Source: a bacterium (GTDB lineage Bacteria > Patescibacteriota > Doudnabacteria > UBA920). From it: a stretch of DNA of 56,026 bases. The translations under genes were made by a program, and so were the position numbers. Within the stretch, counting starts at the first letter, position 1; every line of letters starts with the position of its first letter. The stretch spans positions 1 through 56,026 of the forward strand of contig JAJZRC010000002.1 in NCBI GenBank assembly GCA_021847435.1, given 5' to 3'. Below are positions 32,286-42,534 of the stretch, one piece after another. Under the pieces are notes generated by a model, which was not told the DNA's origin, did not search any database, and was given only the letters and a program-made list of their open reading frames with translations.

Positions 32286-33950
32286 TTAAGGATTTGATTT
32301 AACGCTTTGCATTTCTTTCATTGCCAATGCGGTGTTCTCGCCTTTCCGGGCTTTGGGCGTGACCCAGAATTCAAGGTATTTGCCGAACATTAGCCGGGTC
32401 TGCGCTTCCACGGCGGGCAGGCTGCCGAAAATGACCGAAGAGAGCGGCACCAGAAACCATTGCAAATACATCATCACGCTGCGCCAGACGCTGTATCTTT
32501 TGGGGCGCGGCGGCAGCAGGATAAGGTTTATGTATACGCTGAAAATCAAAAAGAACGTGGCAATTGTCATCAGTGTTTTGGTTACAGTGGGCAGATTATA
32601 GCCGATTACGCTTTCCCGAAAAGCGTCGCCTCCCAAAAACAGCGGAAGCCACCCCAAAGAAGAAATCAAAATGCTGGCCGTGGCCCAGTTGAAATTCCCT
32701 TCCATGTACTGGTAAAGCTTGTACATCCTGTCCCAGAACGGCGCCGGGGATTTAATGAGCTGGGGAACCAAATGCGGATAATACTCTACGTTATATGCCC
32801 AACGGCGCTTCTGCTTGTATTGGTTGACCAGAGTTTTCCAGGTTGTGTCCGCAAGGCAGGTATCCAGGGAAATGGGAATAAACAGCGGGATTACCTGGTA
32901 GTCGCCCTTGTAATGCAGGTAACATTGCCAGTATACGTACCCGTCTTCGTTGACAATGTCTTTTTTCCAGAAGCCTATGTCAATCAGGGTCTTAAGCGGC
33001 ATGCTGTGGGAAGAGAAGGTGCGCAGGCGGTCAGGCCGGCTGCTTTCCGTAAACTGCCAAAAAGAGTTGGAAACCGAAACTACGCGAATCAGGGCCGGGC
33101 TGTCCCAGATGTTGTTGTTATAGATGGCAATGGGCTGGTAGCTGGACTGGTACGGCTTGTCCGCAGTCAGAAATTCGTAAATAAGCCTGGCGAAATATTG
33201 GGGGTGGACGATGGTATCGGAATCGAAATTGGACACAATGACTTGCTCCGGCTTAAGGCCCAAAGCGTCCAGTTCGGGCAAAACCGCCTGCATTGCGTAA
33301 CTGGCGTTCGCGCTTTTGCCTTTAATTTCGTCGGGCAAGCCATCGGGGTGGACCGTTACAAAGAATTTATGAAATATTTTCTCGTATTTTTCGCGAACCT
33401 TTGCAGCCACCTGCTGGGCAGGCCCCCCCACTCTTTCTTCGCTGGCCATAACGATGATAATTTTGTCCTTGGGGTAGCTGCTGGCCGAAAGCGCGGCAAA
33501 AGTTGAATCTAAAATTTCAAAACTTTCGTCTGTAAAAGGAACGAGAACCAATTGGAAAAAATCTTCAAAATGCAATTGCGTTTTGCCAGCCGCAGCCAGC
33601 CGCTCGATTTTTTTTATTTCATCGTAAAAATATTTTTTCTCAACGGAGGTTTTGGCAGAGAGCGCCCGGTCTGTTAAAAAGCCCTTAAATGACTTGGTAT
33701 CCGAAAGCCGTCCCGCGAAATCCAGCCAGTCAATCCCGACGAAAAGGCGGAATTTCCGGTACGCATATACCAGGTGAGCCGCTACATTAACGGCTTTTAG
33801 CACCCAGTAAAGATCAAAACAAATAATGAACAAAGCCGCCCATACAGGCAGAAAGTAAGAAAGCAGAATGGCTCCCACGAATACAAACCAAAACTGCAAG
33901 CCTGGGAGTATTTCCCAAAATCTTTCGGTGGTAGTACGTTTCCTGAACAT
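32286..33950 (-). CDS. membrane-integrated processive family-2 glycosyltransferase
   Basis: 554 aa. N- and C-terminal TM bundles, a DSD (DxD) motif and a QKRRW (QxxRW) motif. Confidence 0.7.
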   Translation of the reverse strand: MFRKRTTTERFWEILPGLQFWFVFVGAILLSYFLPVWAALFIICFDLYWVLKAVNVAAHLVYAYRKFRLFVGIDWLDFAGRLSDTKSFKGFLTDRALSAKTSVEKKYFYDEIKKIERLAAAGKTQLHFEDFFQLVLVPFTDESFEILDSTFAALSASSYPKDKIIIVMASEERVGGPAQQVAAKVREKYEKIFHKFFVTVHPDGLPDEIKGKSANASYAMQAVLPELDALGLKPEQVIVSNFDSDTIVHPQYFARLIYEFLTADKPYQSSYQPIAIYNNNIWDSPALIRVVSVSNSFWQFTESSRPDRLRTFSSHSMPLKTLIDIGFWKKDIVNEDGYVYWQCYLHYKGDYQVIPLFIPISLDTCLADTTWKTLVNQYKQKRRWAYNVEYYPHLVPQLIKSPAPFWDRMYKLYQYMEGNFNWATASILISSLGWLPLFLGGDAFRESVIGYNLPTVTKTLMTIATFFLIFSVYINLILLPPRPKRYSVWRSVMMYLQWFLVPLSSVIFGSLPAVEAQTRLMFGKYLEFWVTPKARKGENTALAMKEMQSVKSNP

Positions 33951-33955
33951 GAAAA

Positions 33956-34309
33956 TTAGTTTACTTTGGTTAAAAATACAACGGCCATCAGAAGAATAAT
34001 TTGTATTGAGTAGCTGGCAAAAACCGCCAGTGCAGGGAGAAAGTTTTTATTTTTTTCCAACTTGCGGTAAAGCGTGAAGTTAACCAGAGTCATTACCAGC
34101 CCTATCCCGGGAATGAGGTATAAATTGCTGCCTTTGCCGTACCACTGCACGCCAACCAAGATATTATATTTGAGGGCAAGGGTTTGCGGTCCCGGGTGAA
34201 TTTTGAGGTAGAGCAAAAAAAATGTTATAATATTTAAAATTAGGCAGCCGGCCCAAAGAAACCAAATGTTGGAAAAATAAAAATTTAACTTATCGGAAAA
34301 AATCTGCAT
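33956..34309 (-). CDS. small polytopic membrane protein (117 aa)
   Basis: Three to four hydrophobic segments. Lies 5 nt upstream of the GT2 gene. Confidence 0.55.
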   Translation of the reverse strand: MQIFSDKLNFYFSNIWFLWAGCLILNIITFFLLYLKIHPGPQTLALKYNILVGVQWYGKGSNLYLIPGIGLVMTLVNFTLYRKLEKNKNFLPALAVFASYSIQIILLMAVVFLTKVN

Positions 34310-34396
34310 GAGCGTATTTGCGCAAAATTAAGCTTGTTTAAAGGTTATTTACGTAAATATACCATAAAAGCAGAATTTTCGCCAGGGAACAAATTA

Positions 34397-36166
34397 ATGC
34401 AAAAAAAACATAAAATAATTCTCGCTGCAATAATCTTTTTAGCAATATTTTTCCGTTTTTACCAAATTTCCCAGTTGCCTGGCGGCTTGTTTCCGGACGA
34501 AGCTGCCAATGGGTTGGATATTAACCAGATGCAGCAGGGCCATCTGCAGCCTTTCTATGAGCGCGGTAACGGACGCGAAGCCCTGTTTTTTTATATGTTA
34601 TGGGGCAGCGTGGAAGCTTTTGGCAAGGGTCCCTGGCAGCACCATATAGTTTCCTCCTTAATCGGAGCCTTGTCTGTTATTTTGTGTTTTATGGCGGCCC
34701 GCAGAATATTTTTAATCGGTGAAGACGAAGCTGACGAACAAAAACAAGATAGAGCAGCTCACATTGCGCTGCTTTCCGCATTTTTAATGGCAGTATCAAC
34801 ATGGCACATAGTTCTTTCGAGAACCGCATTTCGGGCCGTTACAATACCTTTATTCTCAGCGCTGACTTTCTATTTGATGATTCGCGCTTTTCAGGCAATC
34901 AAAGTCAAACAGCGCCTTCTGTGGTCTTTTTTGGCCGGGGCCAGCTTTGCTTTGGGCTTTTATACTTACATCGCCTATCGAATCATGGTCCCGGCAGTGG
35001 CGGCAGCGGTTCTTTGGCCCTTGTTTGCCGCGATCAAAGAAAAGATCTTTTTTGAGCAGATAAAAAGATTTTTTTGGCCGGGCATATTTTTTGCAACGGC
35101 ATTTATTGCGGTTATTTTTCCTTTAGCCAAATATTTTTATGAGCATCCCGGATCTTTTGTCGGGCGGGCCGGCCAAGTAAGCGTATTCAATCCGGAATTA
35201 TACACTTATAACGGCGAGCAGCTTCATGGCAAGCCTCCGATTGGCATCGTTCTTCAGGCGATGCTTGAGGTGGGTAAAACTCAATTGGCGGGATTTTTTG
35301 TCCAGGGCGACCTGAATTGGCGTTCCAATATTTCCGGCATGCCTTTCCTTTCCGTATTGTATAGCCCATTTTTCGGTTTCGGGCTGCTGCTTGTGACTTT
35401 TTTTGGTGCTTGGTATTTCTTTGCGCCCAGCAAGCGCAAGTCCTTTTGGAAATATTTTTTGCTGGCCGTATGGTTTTGGGGCATGCTTTTGCCTGTGGTA
35501 ACCACAGCCGAAGGCATACCTCACGGCCTGCGGGCCATTGGGGTGATTCCGGCGGTATTTATAATTTCTGCCTGGGCCCTTTACGGGTTTTCAGGATGGT
35601 TTATGCGCATGCACCGCAAGATTTGGGATTACGCCATGTTTCATTACAAAGATCCCAGCTGGCTGAAAAATCATTCATACGAGCCGCCGCAAATGGTTGT
35701 GGTTAATGCCGCGCTTAAAATTGTCGTCGTGGTGTTTGTCGCAGCGCTGGTTTCGCAAGCATATTTTGCTTATTTTGTGGAAGCGGCAAACTCCCCCGAA
35801 AATTTTTACTACTTCAGGTCAGATTTGGTTCCGGTTAGCCGGTATTTGACCCAGCGGTGCAATAAGGAGCATACTTATCTGATTCTGGATAAGTTTTCGG
35901 TGCAAACTACAGATTACTTAACATCGGACCCTAAAGGCAATTTTGCAAACCCGTGCAATGTGCCGTATGTTCAGGTTGACCCCGAGGACTCATGGCGGCT
36001 AAAAAATTTGGCTGGCGAGGATCAGGTTGTTTTTACCCAAAGCAGCATGTTTGATGCCAAAAAATTCAAACTGTACCACCCTGATTTCCGCCTTGTGCTT
36101 GAATTCCGCAATAAATTCGGCCAAAGTATCATGGCCGTATATGAAAAATCACAGAAAAATAATTAG
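34397..36166 (+). CDS. GT-C fold glycosyltransferase (ArnT/PMT-like)
   Basis: 589 aa from the ATG at 34397. Has an FPDEAANG first-loop motif and many TM helices. Confidence 0.75.
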   Translation: MQKKHKIILAAIIFLAIFFRFYQISQLPGGLFPDEAANGLDINQMQQGHLQPFYERGNGREALFFYMLWGSVEAFGKGPWQHHIVSSLIGALSVILCFMAARRIFLIGEDEADEQKQDRAAHIALLSAFLMAVSTWHIVLSRTAFRAVTIPLFSALTFYLMIRAFQAIKVKQRLLWSFLAGASFALGFYTYIAYRIMVPAVAAAVLWPLFAAIKEKIFFEQIKRFFWPGIFFATAFIAVIFPLAKYFYEHPGSFVGRAGQVSVFNPELYTYNGEQLHGKPPIGIVLQAMLEVGKTQLAGFFVQGDLNWRSNISGMPFLSVLYSPFFGFGLLLVTFFGAWYFFAPSKRKSFWKYFLLAVWFWGMLLPVVTTAEGIPHGLRAIGVIPAVFIISAWALYGFSGWFMRMHRKIWDYAMFHYKDPSWLKNHSYEPPQMVVVNAALKIVVVVFVAALVSQAYFAYFVEAANSPENFYYFRSDLVPVSRYLTQRCNKEHTYLILDKFSVQTTDYLTSDPKGNFANPCNVPYVQVDPEDSWRLKNLAGEDQVVFTQSSMFDAKKFKLYHPDFRLVLEFRNKFGQSIMAVYEKSQKNN

Positions 36167-36174
36167 ACCAAAAC

Positions 36175-37761
36175 ATGAAAAAACATATTCCATTAATTTT
36201 AATTCTTCTGCTTGGCGCCGTTTTGCGTTTTTACAACAATACGCTCATCAGCCTCTGGCATGACGAGGCCTTCAGCGCTTTTATGATTCGCTACCCTTGG
36301 GGGGAGATGTTCTACCGTTTGGGGCTTGACGTGCATCCTCCAATGTATTACGTTTTTTTGCGCTTTTGGAGCTATATTTTCGGCGGCTCGATGCTGGCGC
36401 TGCGAGGCATGTCCATTTTCTTCGGAGTTGCGTCTGTTTGGGCGGGCTACATATTTGTAAAAGAGTCGTTTAAAAATGAAAAAGCGGCCCTGTGGGCGGC
36501 TGTTTTTATTGCAATCAGCCCATTCCAGCTGCAGTACGTCACTGAAGCCAGGATGTATACCTTTGGCGCCTTTTTTGCCATTCTCTCGGCATATTTTTTA
36601 GTCAGGTCCCTGAATCTTCAAAAAGCATTGCATGAAACCGCGGCCTTAAATATGCCGAACTTGCCTGAGTCCAGGGATTTAAGAAAAAAAATGCTGTGGA
36701 GCTTCGCTGATTTTACTCTGTCGACTATTATTATAATCTACACCCATTATTATCTATTTTTTACAGCAGCGGCGCTGGGCTTCTACGGGCTTTTATTTTT
36801 GTTTTTCCACCACAAATGGGATTTTAAAAAATACATCCCTTTCTTATTGTCATTTGCTGCCATAATCTTGTCCTTTTTGCCCTGGCTTAAGATTTTCCTT
36901 TTTCAATACCGCCAAGTCCAGGCCGGTTATTGGATTTCAAAAATGAATATTTGGAGCATTCCTTCCACGTTTTGGGATATGTTGTTTGATTTTGAACGCG
37001 ACATTGCCAAAAGTTCCACCAGGCTGCTGCTTTTTTTGGTTACGTTATTTAGTATTTGGATGCTTTATCGCTTTTTGCTAAAAACAGAAAGCTTCGCCAA
37101 GTGGCTGGTGGCGCTGGCTGTAGCCGCGCCTTTTGGCGGCGCTCTTTTGTTCGCGCTTCTGGCCTGGCTTAAAGGCAGCGCCTCTTCGGTTTATTTGGAC
37201 AGATATTTCCTTTTTGCCAGCCTGTTTTATTCCATTGCGCTGGCGGTCTGGCTTAAGGAAATCAAAATAAAATGGCTTTCGGTCTCGCTCTTTTTAATTT
37301 ACTGCGTTTTAAATTTAAGCGCCTTCATGCATTATTGGATACAGCTTGATGTGCGTTCCAAGCCGGGAATGGGCGCCGCAGCCAGGTATTTGAAAGCCAA
37401 TGTCGAGCCCAAACATCATGTTTTTGTGGGGACTTCATTTGAATTCTTCAACGCTAAATATTATGCCGAGGTCCTACAGCCGCTGCCGGTCCGCCCTCTG
37501 CTCTATACCGGGGGCCGCAAATATGCCAGCCAGCTGTCGCATGTGGAGGGATCGGCTTTGCTGACAGACCAGGATTTGGTTCCTGATTTCAAAACAGCCG
37601 CCAACCCCGGAGATACGGTATGGCTTGTATGGACTTATGCTTTTGGATCGCAAAAGCCCGACACTCCGGTCAATTGGCAAAAAATCGTTGAGATGGAATA
37701 TCCGGATGTGCGGCCTTATCCCGGCGCGGGAATTTTTGTCACCCAGTATGTGGTTAATTAG
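36175..37761 (+). CDS. GT-C fold glycosyltransferase (ArnT/PMT-like), second paralogue
   Basis: 528 aa. Has a WHDEAFSA first-loop motif and is polytopic. Confidence 0.75.
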   Translation: MKKHIPLILILLLGAVLRFYNNTLISLWHDEAFSAFMIRYPWGEMFYRLGLDVHPPMYYVFLRFWSYIFGGSMLALRGMSIFFGVASVWAGYIFVKESFKNEKAALWAAVFIAISPFQLQYVTEARMYTFGAFFAILSAYFLVRSLNLQKALHETAALNMPNLPESRDLRKKMLWSFADFTLSTIIIIYTHYYLFFTAAALGFYGLLFLFFHHKWDFKKYIPFLLSFAAIILSFLPWLKIFLFQYRQVQAGYWISKMNIWSIPSTFWDMLFDFERDIAKSSTRLLLFLVTLFSIWMLYRFLLKTESFAKWLVALAVAAPFGGALLFALLAWLKGSASSVYLDRYFLFASLFYSIALAVWLKEIKIKWLSVSLFLIYCVLNLSAFMHYWIQLDVRSKPGMGAAARYLKANVEPKHHVFVGTSFEFFNAKYYAEVLQPLPVRPLLYTGGRKYASQLSHVEGSALLTDQDLVPDFKTAANPGDTVWLVWTYAFGSQKPDTPVNWQKIVEMEYPDVRPYPGAGIFVTQYVVN

Positions 37762-37776
37762 TTAATTCATCAAGAT

Positions 37777-37808
37777 AAAAAACGCTTTATTAATCTGAAG
37801 CGTTTTTT
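37777..37808. terminator. bidirectional intrinsic terminator
   Basis: AAAAAACGCTT-N10-AAGCGTTTTTT between convergent genes. Confidence 0.7.
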
Positions 37809-37811
37809 ATA

Positions 37812-38495
37812 TCAGGAAATGGTTGTGCCTATAAAATCTTTTCCGTTTAGGATGTTTTTCAAATTCCTTAAATTTGAACCTCTGGCAATAATTACAGTTA
37901 TGCCGCTTAGGTCCGCATCTTTTGCCGCCGTGGGGTCAAACGGCAGGTTTGATCCGGGGCGCCATTTTTTCCCCACTATCTTTCGGAAATCCTTCCAAGA
38001 CATATTCTTTAAAATTTTCGCCCCGGGAAATTTTTTCGGATCTTTTTCGTAGACGTAGTCTATATTGCTCAGGTTTATGGCTGTTTTGGTCCCGCAATTT
38101 TGCGCGTATTTTATCATGGCTCCGTCGGAACTGCGGCCCGGCTTCCACCCTCCGCAGACAATGACCGGACGGCTCGTTTTAGGCAGATTGGCCGGATCTT
38201 TAATGACCTCGGGGTAGGCGTAATTTCCAAATGCCAGCTGTAAAAACTTGGCATTTAGCCAGGTAGTGTTTATGCCCATCCAGTCCAGGTCTTTATAGCT
38301 GGTTTTAGTTGCGGCTTTTAGCGCTTCGTTGTATTTGCGGGCCAGTATTCCTCCGCCTGTAACAACCACAAATTTTTTTCCTTTTTTTGACTGGTCTATC
38401 ACGAGTCGTTTGAAATTCCGAATAAATTTGCTGTCGATTTCGTTTGGAACGATAAGCGAACCGCCGACAGAAATTACTATTGGCCTTTTTTGCAT
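37812..38495 (-). CDS. pyrH: UMP kinase, archaeal-type (amino-acid kinase fold)
   Basis: 227 aa. Has VISVGGSLI and VVVTGGGILAR motifs. Confidence 0.7.
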   Translation of the reverse strand: MQKRPIVISVGGSLIVPNEIDSKFIRNFKRLVIDQSKKGKKFVVVTGGGILARKYNEALKAATKTSYKDLDWMGINTTWLNAKFLQLAFGNYAYPEVIKDPANLPKTSRPVIVCGGWKPGRSSDGAMIKYAQNCGTKTAINLSNIDYVYEKDPKKFPGAKILKNMSWKDFRKIVGKKWRPGSNLPFDPTAAKDADLSGITVIIARGSNLRNLKNILNGKDFIGTTIS

Positions 38496-38505
38496 GGGAA
38501 GTTGT

Positions 38506-39498
38506 TTAAGGATTTAAGGTTTCAGGCGAACTTGTTGCAGCGGCGGCCTGCGATTGGTCATGCGCGCAAGCAGTGTTTTTGTAGCAAACATAAGCTTTGT
38601 CGTCAAATCGCAGGTCAATGTAATAAAGGTTTTTTGCTTCCGGGTCGCTCAGCTGCGAGTAGATTAGTTTTAGTTTTGCCAGGGCTTCCTGCGCATTGCC
38701 GTGTCGGGCAAGCTTAATTTCAAAGCCGCTTGTTGTTTCGGCGGTTATATCTGTGCTTGGGGCTCCCGGTATTTCGAAAGAAAGCAGCCCTGTTTTTGCG
38801 GCGCCCGCCAATCCTTCGGTGAAAATTTTCAGCATCTCGGCGAGTTCTGCCGGAAACGCCGGCCTCCCCGCGAAAACAGGGTTTTGCGGGGTTATTTTTA
38901 CGTTTATCAGGCCTGGCTGCTGGCCCGCGTCCGGCGCTGCCGGGTCTAACCGCGAGCGGATTAAGCCGTCGCTTCCGGCCAGAAAAGTTCCGTTGGGAGC
39001 CGAAACCGCGAATGTGTCTGCGCGGATAGAAATTTGCAACCGCAGCGTGTTGGGAAAATCCTTGGTTATGCCGTCAATTTTAAGGATATTTTGGTTATTT
39101 TCAAGCAAGTAAGCGTTAAGTTTGGTTTTGGAAAGCAGAATCAGGTTGCGCCGGGGCCAGGGGTTTTTTTTGGCAAGGTACGATTTTATCGTACTTGAAA
39201 TATTTTCTGCCTGCTGGTTTCCGGCGCCTTCTATTTTTATATTTTTAATGAAAAATAAATTCGGTATGAAGCTGAAATAAATTAAAAAAACAAAAATCCC
39301 CAGCACGCCAATTTTTGACGGCGTGGTCCCTACGCCGATTTTATAAAAAAATGAGCTCCAAGCGCCCTCGGGCATGGTTCTGGTTCGCCGTTTGTAATTT
39401 CTTTGGGCTTCCAGCCGTTGCCGAAAGCTAGGTTTTTGGAATCGTATCCGTTTGTCGTTGGGCATAATTTTAGTTTTTGGATATGGAACATTAGCCAT
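38506..39498 (-). CDS. FtsQ-like cell-division protein (TM + POTRA)
   Basis: 330 aa. A single TM followed by IKNIKIEG...FPNTLRLQI, resembling the FtsQ POTRA domain. Confidence 0.55.
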   Translation of the reverse strand: MANVPYPKTKIMPNDKRIRFQKPSFRQRLEAQRNYKRRTRTMPEGAWSSFFYKIGVGTTPSKIGVLGIFVFLIYFSFIPNLFFIKNIKIEGAGNQQAENISSTIKSYLAKKNPWPRRNLILLSKTKLNAYLLENNQNILKIDGITKDFPNTLRLQISIRADTFAVSAPNGTFLAGSDGLIRSRLDPAAPDAGQQPGLINVKITPQNPVFAGRPAFPAELAEMLKIFTEGLAGAAKTGLLSFEIPGAPSTDITAETTSGFEIKLARHGNAQEALAKLKLIYSQLSDPEAKNLYYIDLRFDDKAYVCYKNTACAHDQSQAAAATSSPETLNP

Positions 39499-39550
39499 GA
39501 CACGACCACAGCTAATATTTATTCACGCCTGAATTTTAACTGCAATTTTT

Positions 39551-40903
39551 TTATTGCGCTGGGCGAATTACGTCTTTGCCCACGTAAGGCCTCAAGATAT
39601 CCGGGACCATTACGGAACCGTCTTTTTGCTGATAGTTTTCCAAAATAGCTATTAAAATCCTCGGACTGGCGATTACGGTATTATTCAGGGTGTACACATA
39701 CCTGCTTTTGCCGTCATTGCCCTTATATTTTATATTCAGCCTTCTGGCTTGCCAGTCAGTTAAGTTTGAGTCGGAGTGGGTTTCGCCGAAATCTTTGCGG
39801 CTGGGCATCCAAGTTTCAATATCATACATTTTATATTTGCCCGCGCCCATGTCACCTGTGCAAATATTCAGCACGCGGTAGGGCAGTTTTAAATCTTGCA
39901 GCATGTTTTCCGCAATTTCGCGCATGTTTTCCAGCCACTGGTCCCCTTCTGCCGTTTCAGCCTTGCACAAAACCACTTGTTCCACTTTCATGAATTCGTG
40001 AATGCGGTAAATGCCGCGAGTATCTTTGCCGTAGCTGCCGATTTCGCTGCGGTAGCAGGGAGACACGCCGCAAACTTTAATGGGAAGTTTGCTTTCATCT
40101 ATGGTTTTTCCTTCGAAATAAGCAAGCAATGAAGGCTCGGAGGTGCCTGCCAGATATTGCCTTTCTTTTGCTTTTTCCGTCTCCAGCGCGCCGGGGTTGC
40201 CAATCTCGTAAATTTCATCCCGGCCGGCCGGAAAATGGCCGCTTCCGAAAAGCGCGAACTCTCGGATAAGCACGGGCGGTACCATAAGAGAAAAGCCTTT
40301 TTCCTGCATTTTTTTCAGCGCATGCCAAATCAAACCGTACTGCATCAGCACCGCCTCGTTTTTTAAATAATATCCGCGAAAGCCCGAGGTTTTTACTCCG
40401 GATTCGGTATCTATCAAGTCGAGGTTTTTGCCCAAAGTAATATGGTCCAGTACGGGGAAATCAAATTTTGTAGGGATTTCTTTCGTTTTTTCCGGCTCCT
40501 TGGTCGGGTCAATAATTCCTAATGACCGGTTCCAGTATCGCCAAGGCACATTGCCTGAAGAGTCCGGGCCAACAGGCGTCTCGGAGCTTGGAATATTTGG
40601 TACCAGACCCATCAGATTTTCGTATTTTTCCAAAACAGGTTTGAGTTTTTCCTTGATTCCGTCGCTTTTCTGGTCAACCTCTTTCATTTCCAGCAGCTTT
40701 GTCTTTTTTTCTTCCGGAGAAAGGCTCGGCATGTTTTTGGAAACCTGGTTTTTTGTGGCAGACAGGCTTTCAAGTTCGGTCAGCAAATCGCGCCGCTGGG
40801 AATCAAAGTCCAGCAGTTCTTCCAAATCCAGATCAATGCGTTTGTCAGCGATCGCTTTTTTCACTTTGTCCGCATTTTCGCGTATGTATTTAATATCAAG
40901 CAT
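39551..40903 (-). CDS. serS: seryl-tRNA synthetase
   Basis: N-terminal coiled coil (MLDIKYIREN) and class II motifs (YRSE, GETHSDSNLTDWQARR). Confidence 0.95.
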   Translation of the reverse strand: MLDIKYIRENADKVKKAIADKRIDLDLEELLDFDSQRRDLLTELESLSATKNQVSKNMPSLSPEEKKTKLLEMKEVDQKSDGIKEKLKPVLEKYENLMGLVPNIPSSETPVGPDSSGNVPWRYWNRSLGIIDPTKEPEKTKEIPTKFDFPVLDHITLGKNLDLIDTESGVKTSGFRGYYLKNEAVLMQYGLIWHALKKMQEKGFSLMVPPVLIREFALFGSGHFPAGRDEIYEIGNPGALETEKAKERQYLAGTSEPSLLAYFEGKTIDESKLPIKVCGVSPCYRSEIGSYGKDTRGIYRIHEFMKVEQVVLCKAETAEGDQWLENMREIAENMLQDLKLPYRVLNICTGDMGAGKYKMYDIETWMPSRKDFGETHSDSNLTDWQARRLNIKYKGNDGKSRYVYTLNNTVIASPRILIAILENYQQKDGSVMVPDILRPYVGKDVIRPAQ

Positions 40904-40942
40904 GGGTTTTAAGCGTTAGTTATTTAAAGGGTGGGCTAAAAA

Positions 40943-42406
40943 TTATTTTTGCTTCATTGGCGGGAAAATCACCGTTTCCCTGATCGATTTGTCCATAAGC
41001 ACCGCAAACAGCCTTTCGGAAATGCCAAAACCCGCAGCCGGAGGCATTCCGTATTCCATGGCTTCCACGTAATCTTCATCGATCATTTGGGCTTCCTTGT
41101 CCCCTTTTTCCCGCAGCTTCATTTGTTCATCGAAGCGTTCGCGCTGGTCAATGGGATCGTTGAGTTCGCCGAAACCCTTGCCTAATTCCGAACCGCACGC
41201 CAAAATTTGCATTCTTTGCACGGCTTTGGGGTTTTTGGGGTCTTTTTTTGCCAAAGGCTCGAGTTCAATAGGCTGGTTTATCAGAAAGCATGGCTGGGAT
41301 GCCACTTCAGGAAGGACCCGGATGTTTTTTTTAAAAATCAGATCAATTATGCGGCCCTTGCTCGCAAAATTTTCGTACTTGATATGGTGCTGGTCCGCAT
41401 AGGCTTTTATCTCAGATTCTTTGGCTGAGTTCAGGTCCAGGCCGGTATGTTTCTTGAATATTTCAAAATAGTCTACTCTGGGCCAAATTCCGCCCCAGTC
41501 AATCGTTCTGCCTTCGTATTGCAGCTGCAGCGTCCCAAAAGTTTTTTTAATGACGTATTGGTACATTTCCTGTACAAAATCCATCAATTTTTGAAAATCG
41601 CCGTATGCCCAGTAAAATTCCATTTGGGTGTAGTCCTGCAAATGTTCCGGAGATATGCCTTCATTGCGGAATATCCTGCCGATCTCGAAAACTTTTTCAT
41701 ATCCGGCTACCAGCATCTTTTTTAACGGCAATTCCAGGGAAATCCGCAGATAAAAATCCCTGTCCAGGGCATTGTGGTGGGTAATAAACGGCTCCGCCTC
41801 GGCTCCGCCGGGAACCGCTTCCAGAACCGGCATTTCCAGTTCCAAAAAGCCTTTTTGCACCAGGAATTCCCTCATTGCGGACCAAAAGACGTTTTTCTTT
41901 ACAAAAATCCCTTTGACGGCCGGATCCATGAGTATGTCCAGGTACCGTTTGCGCAGCTTTGTTTCCTCGTTTTCCAAGCCGTAATGCTCTGAGGGCAAGG
42001 GGCGCAGGGATTTCGCCAAAATTTTAAAACCGGCCGCCTGGACGGTTTTTTCTCCGGTTTTGGTAATGAACAGAGTGCCTGTCGCCTCCAAAAAATCGCC
42101 GATGTCAAGATTTTTCAGCAAAAATTCAAAATTCTCTTTTCCTACCAGATCTGTTTTGAATAACACCTGAATGCGGGCTGTGCCGTCTTCAATATGAACA
42201 AAAATCAGCTTGCCCATATCGCGGAAGCTGCGGATCCTGCCGGCCAGGGTTACTGTTTGTTCCGACAGCGAGTCAAAATTTTCCAATGCTTCGGCATTGG
42301 TATGGGTTCGGGCTGTTGCCGAAGGATAAGGATCCAGCCCCGCATTTTTGATATTTTCCAGTTTTTGTTTTCTGGCTGCTATTATATCTTCAAGTCTTTC
42401 GGACAT
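40943..42406 (-). CDS. lysS: lysyl-tRNA synthetase, class II
   Basis: OB anticodon-binding domain plus the class II core (FRNEGIS, GFGISERL). Confidence 0.95.
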   Translation of the reverse strand: MSERLEDIIAARKQKLENIKNAGLDPYPSATARTHTNAEALENFDSLSEQTVTLAGRIRSFRDMGKLIFVHIEDGTARIQVLFKTDLVGKENFEFLLKNLDIGDFLEATGTLFITKTGEKTVQAAGFKILAKSLRPLPSEHYGLENEETKLRKRYLDILMDPAVKGIFVKKNVFWSAMREFLVQKGFLELEMPVLEAVPGGAEAEPFITHHNALDRDFYLRISLELPLKKMLVAGYEKVFEIGRIFRNEGISPEHLQDYTQMEFYWAYGDFQKLMDFVQEMYQYVIKKTFGTLQLQYEGRTIDWGGIWPRVDYFEIFKKHTGLDLNSAKESEIKAYADQHHIKYENFASKGRIIDLIFKKNIRVLPEVASQPCFLINQPIELEPLAKKDPKNPKAVQRMQILACGSELGKGFGELNDPIDQRERFDEQMKLREKGDKEAQMIDEDYVEAMEYGMPPAAGFGISERLFAVLMDKSIRETVIFPPMKQK

Positions 42407-42488
42407 ATGCTTGCAAATTTACGAATCAGTTCTAAACAAAAAACTCGTGGTTTCTTTGCCTGATTATACCAAAAAGCGGCTTAAAATC

Positions 42489-42530
42489 AAAATTCCCCCC
42501 TTTTGCCCTGAGGCTTCCGGGGGGAATTTT
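42489..42530 (-). terminator. intrinsic terminator of greA
   Basis: 12 bp stem AAAATTCCCCCC/GGGGGGAATTTT, followed on the minus strand by a T-rich tract. Confidence 0.6.
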
Positions 42531-42534
42531 ATGT

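Noticed and set aside
32460-33506. 348 aa plus-strand ORF. Similar long antisense ORFs lie at 44698..45537, 7885..8514, 6595..7083, 26108..26659 and 24892..25488.
   Set aside because: Each lies antisense to a gene with clear family motifs (GT2, gyrB, prfA, rpsB, cysS, kef). Their products are low-complexity and rich in Arg/Gly/Pro/Val, and they have no RBS. These are shadow ORFs.
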